A stretch of DNA of 64,000 nucleotides from Nemertoderma westbladi. Its lineage: Eukaryota; Animalia; Xenacoelomorpha. Shown one piece after another: positions 48,539 through 60,643 of this stretch. How positions within the stretch are numbered: the first letter of the stretch is position 1; each line of letters begins with the position of its first letter. The notes below the pieces were generated by a model. It did not search any database and was not told the origin of the DNA. It saw only the letters and a program-made list of their open reading frames with translations. Where the stretch lies: contig JAUCBJ010006900.1 in assembly GCA_032718475.1 (NCBI GenBank), positions 1-64,000 on the forward strand. The letters are read 5' to 3'. Position numbers and translations under genes: made by a program.

Positions 48539-49676
48539 TGTAAAGGCTTTTGCGGATCTAGCTAGTTATTTTCCCCGCAAAGTACTCTGTGTTTTAGCGG
48601 ACATAAAAAGCCATTTTTCTGTAAGTGTACTTTAGAGGACATAACAAGCCATTTTATGCCGCAATACGCCAAAATACTCTTAATACAGTGTAGTTCAGAT
48701 GACGACATCTATCAGCTGATATGTCGATGTGGAGCTTTTTGGCTTTCTTTGTTCGGCTCACTCGACCAATCAGAGCGATTTTCATTTTATCTTGTACAGA
48801 AGCCTACAGAAGATCGCGCAATGCATTATGGTCTTTGTTTACCTTTTTTCCTGAGCCCAGAACATCGGCTTTGGAATTATTCTGTGTTTCAGACTTTAGC
48901 CAAACATTAGAACGGCTTTGATCATAGAAACGTATAACTGTTATCAAGTCAAGTCACATCAACTCAGCATATCATACTATAAATACCTTTCACCACATTA
49001 TTTTACTGCTATTTACTGTCGGTTATTAATTGTTATCAGTTGATGGAATGTTGTTATATTTGGAGAATATCGATAAATAATCATAAAACCCCAATCTTCT
49101 TGATATACTGAAGGTTAGAGAGACCGGTTACATATAGCAATTGCGACTTACATTATAGTGGTTTTGGAGTGAATTGAATGCTATTTCATAGACCCTACAT
49201 GTGTCAGTTGCTGTTCTCCTTATATATGATTAAAATTAGTGAAGGTCGGCAGATCAGTGTGCAGCAGTGTGCGGTAGTGTGCATGAGTGTGATAGATAAC
49301 AAAGCATTTCCTAAAGAATGCGCTTTATACGAAAATCAATAGCCATCCCGTTGTGTTTAGTGTAAGTCATAACTCTGTTTACATATTTAGAGCGCCACGT
49401 CCTAAAGGAACTGTTAATATTTCCCAAAAGTGAATAATATTTGTCAGATATTATATTAATGATCAATCGAATAGTACAGTAAGTCTACACCGCAATAAGG
49501 TCAGAGCATCCGAATCCAGTCTCCCTTAACCGTGGGTGAATGGTCGCGCATAGGCTGGCTTCGGCTAATGTAACTTTATGTGTATCAAATACTTGTTATA
49601 GGCTAAAGTCGATTTATAACCTAGAAGACACCTAAAATTGGCAGGTTAAACTGCTAAAGGTCTAAAAGCGTGAACA
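48539..49676 (+). repeat. 3' LTR of outer large BEL/Pao copy
   Basis: Direct repeat of 22265-23405; preceded by short purine tract AGGAGCGG. Confidence 0.96.
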
Positions 49677-49681
49677 GGGCC

Positions 49682-50899
49682 AACGACTCAGTCTGGTGGT
49701 CTAACATACACAATGACGTCACACAGACGGTTGAACATTGCCAATCATGTCAAACCCTCCTCCCATCCCACGCACCGGAACCCCTCCAGTACAATGCCGA
49801 CGCCACCCTCCCCTTCGAACGGTCCATTCTGATTTATTTGTGGTGAACAACCAACACTACCTTGTGGTCACTGAAGAAGCCACTGGTTGGCCCCACCTTG
49901 TCGTCCTGGGAACCAACACTGCATCCAACGCTCTGGCTAACGCCTTCCGGAGCATGTTTCTGTCCACAGCAGTGCCCCTGATTCTGCGGCCAGATAATGG
50001 GCCACAATTTGTGTCGGCAGAGATTTTACGATTTTACGATTTCACGATTTTACTCCACTTGGGGGGTTCACCTCGACTCGTCTTCCCCCCACCTGCCACG
50101 CACAAACGGCCGCGCCGAAGCCGCCGTTAAGGCCTTAAAGAAACTAATAATTGGCGCTTCCAACCCCACTCTAAACCTCGACCAGTTGGCCCAAGGCCTC
50201 ATGGCCAATCGCAACACCCCCAGATATGGGGGCCGATCCCCGGCCCAACTCTTATATGGCCATAACCTGAGGGAAGCCTTGCCGGTACACTATCGCTCCC
50301 TAGACCCTCGATGGCACAAAACCTTCTCAGAGTTGGATTCAATAGCTGAAACCCAACGGTCTAAACTACTGGCCCATTACGATAGTGGAACCCGCCCCCT
50401 CCAACCAATGTTGGTGGGAGACCCAGTCCTGATCCAGGATCCTGTGAGCCATCGGTGGACGGGCCATGGCACCGTGGTCGAGGTGGCCCCCAAACATGAG
50501 TACCTTATATGCCAGATAAGCAGCCGAGTGATTCGCCGAAACCGGGTATTCCTCCGCACCCAACACCTCATACCCGCATCCACCCCCGTGCCCCCCCGAC
50601 CAGAGACCCAACCGGTTCAACCTCAACCGAAAGGGTCCATCCAGGACCCCCCACAGGAGACTCCAACCACGGCTGCCGAACAGCTCACGCCCCACGAGAT
50701 TCCGCCACCAGCCCCTCCCAAGCCCACCTGGTCCTCCGTTGTGGCTCGACCAGCACCACCGCGCATAACCGCCCAGGGGCCACAACCTATCGCAATCAGT
50801 GCTCCTCCATCTGTTTTCACCCGATCGGGGCGTATATCCCGCCCCCCACAACGCTATGCAAATAGTGACTACTCACTAGTCACTATTATTACCGACTAA
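49682..50899 (+). pseudogene. pol: Gypsy integrase (continuation after the nested insertion), frameshifted
   Basis: DSVWWSNIHNDV..VEHCQSCQ completes the HHCC; VHSDLF, PDNGPQF, SSPHLPRTNGRAEAAVK, RNTP..SPAQLLYG, RRNRVFLR, TRSGRISRPPQRY. Confidence 0.9.
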
Positions 50900-51494
50900 C
50901 TAACTTCCCCAATAGATAGAGACTATTGTATCTTAGAGACTATCGTATTTCAAATTTGTTTATTTTGTTTGTTAATGTTAGATTGGTTACCCCTAACTAC
51001 CGGAAGGGGGGTATGTGTAGTACACACCCTTATCATGTAGTTATGTCTGCATGTCGTATGTTATGTTTACTTATACAATATACTATTCAGGTCACTCAGT
51101 ATTCACCATCTGCTATCAGACAGGTACCACTAACTCAATCGGTTCTGTTATTCTGTGGGGCGAGCCACAAAAGTAAGCGAGCTTAGCATATGGGTACCAC
51201 TAACACAATCAGTCTGTTATTCTGCTATTCTGTTTTGTTCAATTTTAAACGTTAATAACTCAGCCAAATCTCGATAAAATCTAAGGTTGCCTCCACACCT
51301 CAAAATATATTGCTTTTAAATCACAAATTTCCTGTTAATATCTCTGCCTTTCATTAATCCTCTGTGCTCCATTGCGGTTGGGATGGTGCGGATTAAGAGG
51401 GCGGTTGAAGCGAGGGGGGAACTTTCCTCTCTTCTTTGATCTATTCTTATGGCGGTTTGGGTAAATTTCTTATTTATTTATTTAAATTTCTTAA

Positions 51495-52219
51495 GTACAC
51501 CATTTTGGTCCAAAATATGTCGAAATTTTTTTTATGGTCTATTATAATGCACCATTGAATGGTGTTTCCAAATCTGAAAACTGCTATTTAATAGCTCTTT
51601 TAGTTTTCAAGTTATAACAATTTCCATTTAGGGAATGCTATTGAAATTACTATTACTATGTATAATGAAAGGTCGATTATCTCCAAATATTTTTTTATGA
51701 AATTGTCAACTTCAAAACCCTACTACTTCTACAATTTTTGAGTAATTAGTCTGAAACTTTCTGTGGGTGTCGAGATAGCCACCCTGCATAAAAGAATCAG
51801 ACAACATCAGACAATTTTTTGTTAATAAAATTTAATACTATTTATAACAAACCTAAAAATTTAGCATAAATTTGCAGCGCCACCTAGCGGTTCAGAATTA
51901 TTTTCACAAAATTTCGCCTGATAGTTATGTTGCCCCATCCTTGGTCTATCATATAAAAAACTTTCATGTGACTAGATTCAAAACTGTAAAAGCATTAGGG
52001 TTTTAAGCGCAACCAAGTTTTTTTTATTGTTAACTAGTATTATAGTATTAACTAATATTAAATAGCGAAAAAAACATTTCTTTCCTGACCTGTCATCTAG
52101 AATAGAATCTTAGGCACCTATATGCCAAATTTTAGCCAAAACCGAACAATTTTGAAACGCTGAGAGTGATAAATCGAAGAGTTGTCCAAAAATGGTGCAC
52201 CCCCCCCCCCCCCCCCCCC
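51495..52219. mobile_element. Non-autonomous DNA transposon (MITE) flanked by TTAA, Kolobok/piggyBac-type target
   Basis: TTAA at 51491-51494 and 52220-52223; ends GTACACCATTTTGG / CCAAAAATGGTGCAC(C)n; absent from the homologous right arm. Confidence 0.7.
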
Positions 52220-52941
52220 TTAAGTACCGATTTTGGGATAGAATTGCTCAATTTTAATCTGTATCTGATAACTGAGCCACGTGCTGCGCGAAAGCCACAC
52301 GAAAGTGTTATTCTGTCGTTCTGTTAATGTTCAATTTTAAGGGTAAATAACTCTTAACTTGATAAAATCTAACCAAACTTGGTACACATGTAGTCTGGTA
52401 AAAGTTCCAGAAATTTTTAAAGTTGAGTTTGCGTGTGGCCTTCGAGAAGCAACGATAATAGCAATTAATTAGTTAATTAAGTTGATTAAGGGTAAAAACA
52501 GCCTCATATTTTCTATTATAAGATTTAAATAATTATACCTCAAAATTATAAAGCTGTATTCCTGTATTCCCCATACCCATTCCAATTATAGTTTTTAATT
52601 AGTTCAAGTGATTTGCTTTAAAAAGTGTGTTTTTAATTGATCTAAACGTAATTAAGTTATCAAAATGCATCCCGTCACTATACTTCCAGCTCCGTCATTC
52701 CTTGGCGTATTTGCTATTGACTATTAGTTGGAACCCAGTCCAATCTTCTCACCACTTACTTGGCAAAAGGTAATTACATCAGCAACAGTTGATTGTTTAA
52801 CTGTGGAATTAGGCCTATCGCTGTATCTGGAGTATTAGGACTCAGGCAAAACTGAAATGTACAGGTAGTTTCAAGTCGCAAAGTTAATTAGCTTGCGTCC
52901 GGTAACCATACTTAATACATACATACATACATACTTAATAC

Positions 52942-53001
52942 ATAATGTACTGTATTCTTCTGATTACCTGTACAGGTAATCAGAAGAATACAGTACATTA
53001 T
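52942..53001. repeat. Perfect 60 bp spacerless palindrome
   Basis: ATAATGTACTGTATTCTTCTGATTACCTGT|ACAGGTAATCAGAAGAATACAGTACATTAT. Confidence 0.97.
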
Positions 53002-54868
53002 CCTTCACTTTACTATGTTCCTCCTTGTTGGTTGCTGACTTGGTGCCTTCAGGGGTTCAGTGTTTGAATTCTGTATGGTGCTGTTCAACGGTGCCAGGTG
53101 TACCAATAATGCCCCATGTGCAATATCAGAGGGATTCTTGAATTGAAGAAAATTATATTTCCGTTGCTGGATACGTCCGCGCCCCGCAGTGAGTAAAGAA
53201 CAACAACTGAGACTCATTGTTAAGTATTATAAGGAACGATTCAAAATATCGATTCAATGATCCTCTCAAAATTTCGAGTTAATTAATGTATGCCTACACT
53301 GCACTACCAGGTTGGGCTGTGTACAGTAGATCACGTTGGAAGTGAGCTACCGGTAGGCCTACCTATGTTTACTGATATAGATACTACAATATACTTCAAT
53401 ATATCCCAGTATGTATTCTCTTCAAGATTCTTCTTCACTCTTCCAGTTTTCTGTAGAAGTAATGTAGAGATTTACTATTGTGAGCATGTGAGGTATATTG
53501 TGTATTACTAACACATTCGTGGGGCCTTCGCGCAGCACGACGCTCAGTCATCAGATACAGATTAAAATTGAGCAATTCTATCCCAAAATCGGTACTTAAG
53601 AAATTTAAATCAATAAATAAGAAATTTACCCAAACCGCCATAAGAATAGATCAAAGAAGAGAGGAAAGTTCCCCCCTCGCTTCAACTGCCCTCTTAATTC
53701 GCACCATCCCAACCGCAAAGGAGCACAGAGGATTAATGAAAGGCATTGGTATTAACAGGAAATTTGTGATTTAAAAGTAATATATTTTTAGGTGTGGAGG
53801 CAACCTTAGATTTTATCCCGATTTGGCTGAGTTATTAACGTTAAAATTGAACGAAACGAATAGCAGAATAACAGACTGATTGAGTTAGTGGTACCCATAT
53901 GCTAAGCTCGCTTACTTTTGTGGCTCGCCCCACAGAATAACAGACACACCGATTGAGTTAGTGGTACCCATATGCTAAACTCGCTTACATTTGTGGCTCG
54001 CCTCACAGAAGAACAAACACACCGATTAAGTTAGTGGTACCCGTATGCTAAGCTCGCTTACTTTCGTAGCTCGCCCCACAATATTGATGAAATTGTCATT
54101 ACTAACATCTTCTAAATATAAAAAATAAATATATTTATTTATGGCAATTATATAGGCGCTGACTGCATAAATACGTGCAGACCAATTTATTATTGATTCA
54201 GAATTATGAAAAATTGTCACTAATTCAGGGGGGTTTGTTGATGCAAGTCAGTCTGCAAGTCAAGCGTAACAATGACGTAGCATTAACATATTTATTTTAA
54301 AAAATTCAAAGAAATAATAATGTATAAATTATAAAGTTACATTATTTCATTCTATCATTTCATATCTCTATAGTCCAATAACTCAAAATCACTCTCTCAG
54401 ATTTATAGTTTGACTGAAACACAATAATATAATATCAACACAATGACAGTGATAATTGATCAGCTCTTATTGGTTATCTCACATACACCATCAATATCAA
54501 CATCATCTGACATCATCTTTCCTACATCGTAACCAATTATCATCTCATCTCATCTCTTCATCACGTATGAGAATATAAGTCAGCACACAACATCCATTAG
54601 TTGGTAGTGCCAGTGATTTGTTGTTATGGGTTTATAGATTATTAGGTGTTTGTAGATTACTTAGTGAATATTGATTTAAGTATAATTTAGGCCAATGTAA
54701 TGTATTATACATATCAATATGCGTTAATGAAACAAAGAATACATTAATATTCAGATACTTTACTAGACATAATTATATATTCCGATGCACAATAAAAGGC
54801 ACGAAACATTACCCACAAATAAAATTCCTTTCAGCACGAAATTGACTTAGATATGTTTTTTATATTAT

Positions 54869-57800
54869 TATTAGAAAACAATTTATAACTGTGTCTCAAA
54901 CAACCTTTTAATCAAAACATAAAAAACGCTTTTCAAACTAGAAATAATATATCGTACAGTAAGTTACATTAACAGCTGATAGTCCATTTGAGTTTAGAAG
55001 ACAAACAAACGCCCATCACCAATATACATAGAGATATTACAAAACAGAACTATATTGTGCAATACAGTTTGGCAGAGTACTTGACGAACCAATAATAAAA
55101 TATTTCCAACACTTCCCCTCGTCAAGTACGTCAGTTTATCTTGAGATCTGAGATGAAATTTAACCCATCATTTTTGTTCTGAATTTTAAAAATTTTTCTT
55201 TGAATAGTGGTTTGGTCATAATGTCTGCGATCATATGTTCAGTTGGGCAATGTTTTAGAACAACAATCTTCTTATTAACCATGTCTCGAATGTAATGATA
55301 TTTAATTTCTATATGCTTAGTTCTTCCATGAAAACGTGGATTTTCCGATAACGCAATACACCCATTGTTATCCTCGAATAACGTAGTGCTCCCATTTTGG
55401 TCAATGCCTAAATCCCCCAATAAAGTTCTTAACCACACTAACTCCCTGGTGGCGACACTAGCAGCAATATACTCTGCCTCCGTTGTACTCTGAGCCACAA
55501 GTGTTTGTTTTTTACACGCCCATGAAATAAGTGAATCGTTCACAAAGAACAAATATCCAGATATAGATTTTCTATCATAGTTTCTTCCCCAATCAGCATC
55601 TACATATCCAACTAATTGAACACGGTTGTTTGATTGATCAGCAACATATTCAATGCCGACATCCATCGTTCCTTTAATGTATCTGAATATTCTCTTCACC
55701 GCTTTCCAGTGTTCCTCGCCTGGATTAGAACTGAATTGATTAACATTACTTAGTGCTGCAGCCAAGTCCGGTCTTGTAGCACAAACAGCATATGTCAGCC
55801 CTCCAATAGCCGCTTGATAACTCTTCTGATTAACTGACTCCCCTTCATTAAGTGACAAATTTGAATTGGCATCAAACGGTGTTGAGACAGTATTACAGTC
55901 TTGCATTCCAAACTTATTTAAGAGATCTTCAAGATATGCTTGCTGATTTAATTTTAATTTTCGATTATCGCGATCTCTTTCTATCTTGATTCCCAAGCAG
56001 TAACGTACTTCACCTAAATCTTTTGTATTAAATCGCTCTGAAATTGCTAATTTTTCTTCCTTCAACATAATCATGGAATTGGAGCAAAGCAGTAAGTCAT
56101 CTACATATAACGCCAATATTAGAAAGTTATTACCTTCTCGTTTTATATAAATACATGGATCTGCATGCGATTACATGTAGCCATTATCAACCAGATTGTC
56201 ATGCATTGCTTTATTCCAACAACGAGATGCCTGCTTTAAGCCATATATGCTTTTCTCTAATTTACACACTAAATGTTCATCTCCTTTGAGAATAAAATGT
56301 TCAGGTTGTCTCATGTAAATTTCTTCCTCTAAAACTCCATTGAGAAATGCCGTTTCAACATCCATATGATGAACTTCCAAGTCAAGTTCATTGGCTAAAG
56401 ATAGAATAGTACGAACAGATGTGTAACGAACAACAGGAGCAAAAGTTTCTTGGTAGTCAATATTGGGTCTGAGCAACGAGACGAGCTTTATATCGTTCAA
56501 TTTGACCATCACAACCTGTTTTCTCTTTAAAAACCCATTTACAACCCACAGCATTTCTTCCTTCTGGCAATTCAACTAATTTCCACGTGTCATTCTTTAT
56601 CAACGAGTTATATTCCGTTTCAAGAGCCAATTTCCACTTTTCACTGTTCACACTATTGAGTACTTCATTTACTGTCTTTGGCGTTTCTCCTGACACAGAG
56701 AAAACCATATTCTCGAGATTCTCACCTTCTATCCAATCCCCATATCTATCTGGTTGTCTTTTTATGCGTGTAGATTTTCTTATAGACGATTCAGCCGATT
56801 CATCATCATGGACTTTGTCATTTATGGTTGTCCCCTTAGCTACAATAGGTTCACTCTTAATGATATTTTCCACATCATTATCCACATTGATCACTTCATC
56901 ACACTCATTGATAATGTCACTTGTACTATGACTAATACGTCCATCGAAACTTAATTCATTAAACTTAATATCACGACTTGTTGATACCTTTTTTGTATCC
57001 TTATTATATACTCTATATCCCTTCCTTTCACAATCATATCCAACGAACACATGTTTGACACTTTTAGCATCCCATTTCTTCCTTTTTTCGTCTGGAACAT
57101 GAACCCATGCGTCACACCCAAACACTTTAAACTCATCTACTGATGGTTTAACTCCATAAAAACATTCATATGGTACTTTAGAACAAACGGCTTTGGTTGA
57201 ACAGCGATTGTTTATAAACGCAGAAGTTAGAACAGCTTCTGCCCAAAATGAAATAGGTAGTTTAGCATATTGTAAAATTGCTCTCCCACTTTCAACCAAA
57301 GTTCGATTTTTTCTCTCAGCTATTCCGTTCTGTTGTGGTGAGTAACAAACAGTCATCTGTCTTAATATGCCTTTTTTCCTTAAAATAATTTTTGAATGCA
57401 TCATTGACGTACTCTGTTCCGTTGTCAAAGCGTAGTTTTTTAATTAGTTTTCCTGTTTGTCTCTCTGCCATATGTTTATATTCCAGAAACTTGTCTATCA
57501 CTTCGCTTTTGGCCTTCATAAAATATACCGCACAAAATCGAGATTTATCATCGATAAATGTCACAAAGTATCGATTCCCACCTAATGATACTTCAGACAT
57601 GGGACCGCATACGTCAGAATGAACAAGTTGTAGAACACAATCGGATTTAGAGCTACTTTCCTTTGGAAATTCATTTCTGGATTGTTTTCCCAAAACACAT
57701 CCTTCACAAAATTTCAACTGATCTTTCGTATTTAAGTCAATTCCATGTACAAATTCATCATTAAACATTTTTCTTAATGTTTGTTCATTGACATGTCCAA

Positions 57801-59632
57801 GGCGACAATGCCACAAATCTATGTTTGATTCAGATTGAGCAAAATTTACCTCATGTTTCTCTTTATTTACGTGGCCTTCAAGCTCATATTGATTACCATT
57901 CTCGGGAATTTTTGCAGTGATTAATAATTTATTGCTTTGTTCGCTAAATACATTACACATGTTCTCACTAAACACGACTTGGCAATCATGATTTGTTATT
58001 TTCTTCACTGATAATAAATTTTGACACAAACTCGGAACAAATAAAACATTCTCAAATTGACATCTTTTAATCATAAATGCATCATTTAAATTGTTCCATT
58101 TAACCATTCCAATACCCAAAGCTTCAACAGTTTCATTATTAGCTAAATGAATGACACTGGGATTTTGTAATTCAACGTATTCATGAAAATTATCACGTTT
58201 ACAGCACATATGTTGCGTAGCTCCTGAATCTATAAACCATTTACTACTATTATCATTTTTGTGAGATATTCCATTGCTCGATAAACACCAAAAGGTAAAA
58301 TCATTCTCATCGTTTTCTAATCGAACTACATTAGCACCTTGGTTTGATAAACCAGAACTTCCTCTACTGTTCGTACTCGTAACATTATTATCTGGCCGTG
58401 TGCAGTATCTAGCTATATGCCCATATGTACCACAATTGAAACACCTTGGCGATTGGCCGAAGCTGTTCCTAGCACTGTAACTATTATTATTATTATTAGA
58501 ATTACCTGCATTTCTAGGCCAGCTGCTACCTCTTCCTCGAGCACTACCTCCGCGAAGTCCTCTGTTCCATGACGCACGACCTCTACCTTGATAATTACCT
58601 GAAGCAGCATTGGCAAATAAAGCATCATTTTCGTTTGAATCAAATTTATGTGTTTCTTTCTTTTTTTGTTCTTCCATTAATAATTTTTGTCGCAGAAATT
58701 ATATAGATAGATCATTAGACATTTCTAATGTGCTTACCAGCATTTCGTACGATCTTGGTAAACTAAGCAGTAATTCCCATATTTGCTCTTTTTCCGGCAC
58801 ATTTGCTCCAATAGCATCCAGTTGAGCCGTCAATTCCTGATGCTTATTGATATGACTCATCATATCGTCGCCTTCTTGCATAACAGCGTCTCTATACTTT
58901 CTTTTATAATAAATTATATTTTGCATCGTTTGCATTTCGAACTGAGTCTTCAATCCATTCCACGCGTCTAATGCAGATGGTTTCCCCATCACTAGAGGTA
59001 ATTGTGAATCGGCAAGATGCAAACTAATTTCTGCGCGAGCTTTCTGATCTTTCTTCAACCATTTTTGAAACGCATCGCCTGCTGCTTGTGGTGCGGGTTC
59101 ACTACCATTTACAACATCCCACAGATCCATTGAAATCAGTACCATTTGCATTTTATGCTTCCACATAAACCAGTTTTGTCCTGTAAATTTATCAGTACGT
59201 AAACCAACTTTATATTCACTGGACATCCTCACAAGCTATATTACTCAACATAAATTTACTCTCAATTCTCAATAAAAGTTATACAGTACATTGTAATACA
59301 CAGTACGACAAACACAGTTCACATCATTTTACCCATACAACAGAGGTCGGTTAGTACATGTTGTAATTAAACGTCCTGGGCCCATAACCTATTAGAAAAC
59401 AATTTATAACTGTGTCTCAAACAACCTTTTAATCAAAACATAAAAAACGCTTTTCAAACTAGAAATAATATATCGTACAGTAAGTTACATTAACAGCTGA
59501 TAGTCCATTTGAGTTTAGAAGACAAACAAACGCCCATCACCAATATACATAGAGATATTACAAAACAGAACTATATTGTGCAATACAGTTTGGCAGAGTA
59601 CTTGACGAACCAATAATAAAATATTTCCAACA
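54869..59632 (-). mobile_element. Ty1/copia LTR retrotransposon (4764 bp, 243 bp LTRs)
   Basis: LTRs 54869-55111 and 59390-59632, identical by eye; ATTAT TSD 54864-54868 and 59633-59637; PBS GGTTATGGGCCCAG (59376-59389); PPT GAGGGGAAG. Confidence 0.97.
55160..59232 (-). pseudogene. pol: Copia gag-PR-IN-RT-RNase H polyprotein with 2 nonsense codons and 2 frameshifts
   Basis: NWFMWK, CFNCGTYGHIARYC, WFIDSGATQHM, WHCRLGH, VHSDVCGP, PQQNGIAERKNRTL, YKARLVA, HMDVETAFLNG, SIYGLKQ, LYVDDLL, YVDADW, STTEAEY, HIEIKYH, ADIMTKPL. Confidence 0.95.
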
Positions 59633-60643
59633 ATTATTCATATATTATATTATTCATATTTCACGTAAGGGCGATATTTATTGACAAATAACACAATGTT
59701 TTTACCAGATAGTTCGACTGTGACAGGATCGAGGGATCCCGACCGGGTCTAGTAAGTACGCGTCACAGCAGGCTGATATGTCGATGAAATATAAAAGGTT
59801 TGAGTTCGGTGTTCAACTGGTAGACTGATAATATAATATGAACTATTGATAGCATACAGGCATAGGAGCAATAACCAGAAATAATATGTAGGCCTATAGC
59901 AGCACCGCAATGACGGTCGAACTATGTCGCCGGTCCATGGTAAACTGGTGACTACTGAGTAAACTGACCGGTAGTGGGGCATGCAACATGATATATAGGT
60001 TACTGCACTTGTGGCCTTGTTACTCAGTCGATGCTTGCCCCCCATTGGCCAATAACCTAATTCTCGCCCTCCTATCTCTCTGGGAGTGTTCTCCCCTTGC
60101 TACTGTCATTCTCTCTCTCGGAGGTATCTTGACCTCTAACCTCTATTGTGCGAGGCCCTTTGGGGTTTGTCGTCCCCGTTTATTTGGGTGATACGAGGTT
60201 GATTGGCAATCAACCTCGTACTCCCCAATATTGCTTAAAGGCGCTCTTTCCCACTTTATGGGGGTTGGTGAGGCGGAATTGAATACGCTCACACTCCCCC
60301 CCATGCTATCTTCCCAGTGAGAAGATAGCATCAACCTCTAAGTGCGCTTCAATTCCGCTGGAAACTCGATCTACTATCGGGTGTGGGGTGGATTTATTTT
60401 TCTTTGGAGCTGGCTTTCCAGGCCGCTCCCTATGGGTATGATAACGCTACCCAGTCTGACGTCTAGTGTCGGGCCGATTGTGGACTCTCACACAATTTTG
60501 TTTCCCCAACACTCTCACCACTCTAACTCCGCTCTAACTTCTCCACTCGAACTCCGCTCTAACTCCGCTCTTACTCTCTCCCCACACCTGAATCGCACTC
60601 TTCTCTCTCTCACCAGCAGCTCCTCTCCATACTCCTCTCTACT

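Larger units (their letters stand above)
22265..49676 (+). mobile_element. Large BEL/Pao element, outer copy (~14.8 kb own length; internally deleted), inserted in the gypsy integrase
   Basis: LTRs 22265-23405 and 48539-49676 (~98.5% identical by eye); GGGCC TSD 22260-22264 and 49677-49681; Pao RNase H and integrase ORF. Confidence 0.96.
18816..51122 (+). mobile_element. Ty3/gypsy (Mag-like) LTR retrotransposon, ~4.9 kb own length, split by a 27.4 kb nested insertion at 22265
   Basis: 109 bp LTRs 18816-18924 and 51014-51122 (one substitution seen); GGTAC TSD 18811-18815 and 51123-51127; TGGTGCAT PBS; GGAAGGGGGG PPT; integrase HHCC split exactly at the insertion. Confidence 0.95.
51128..54081. 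repeat. Large imperfect inverted repeat pair (left arm 51128-51494 plus 52220-52310; right arm 53508-54081) with 70-73 bp tandem subrepeats
   Basis: For example 51400-51498 is the reverse complement of 53593-53690; three 73 bp units at 53882, 53955 and 54028; the left arm begins at 18796-18815 before the gypsy insertion. Confidence 0.85.

Noticed and set aside
52680-53774. Possible host exons or short ORFs between the inverted arms
   Set aside because: No recognisable domain and no convincing splice structure; cannot be supported from sequence alone.
59700-60643. GC-richer segment with short ORFs, an 11 bp stem (60303-60331) and CT-rich CTCTAACTCCG repeats
   Set aside because: Probably a fragment of another repeat interrupted by the LTR at 60644, but no termini, TSD or protein motif could be identified.
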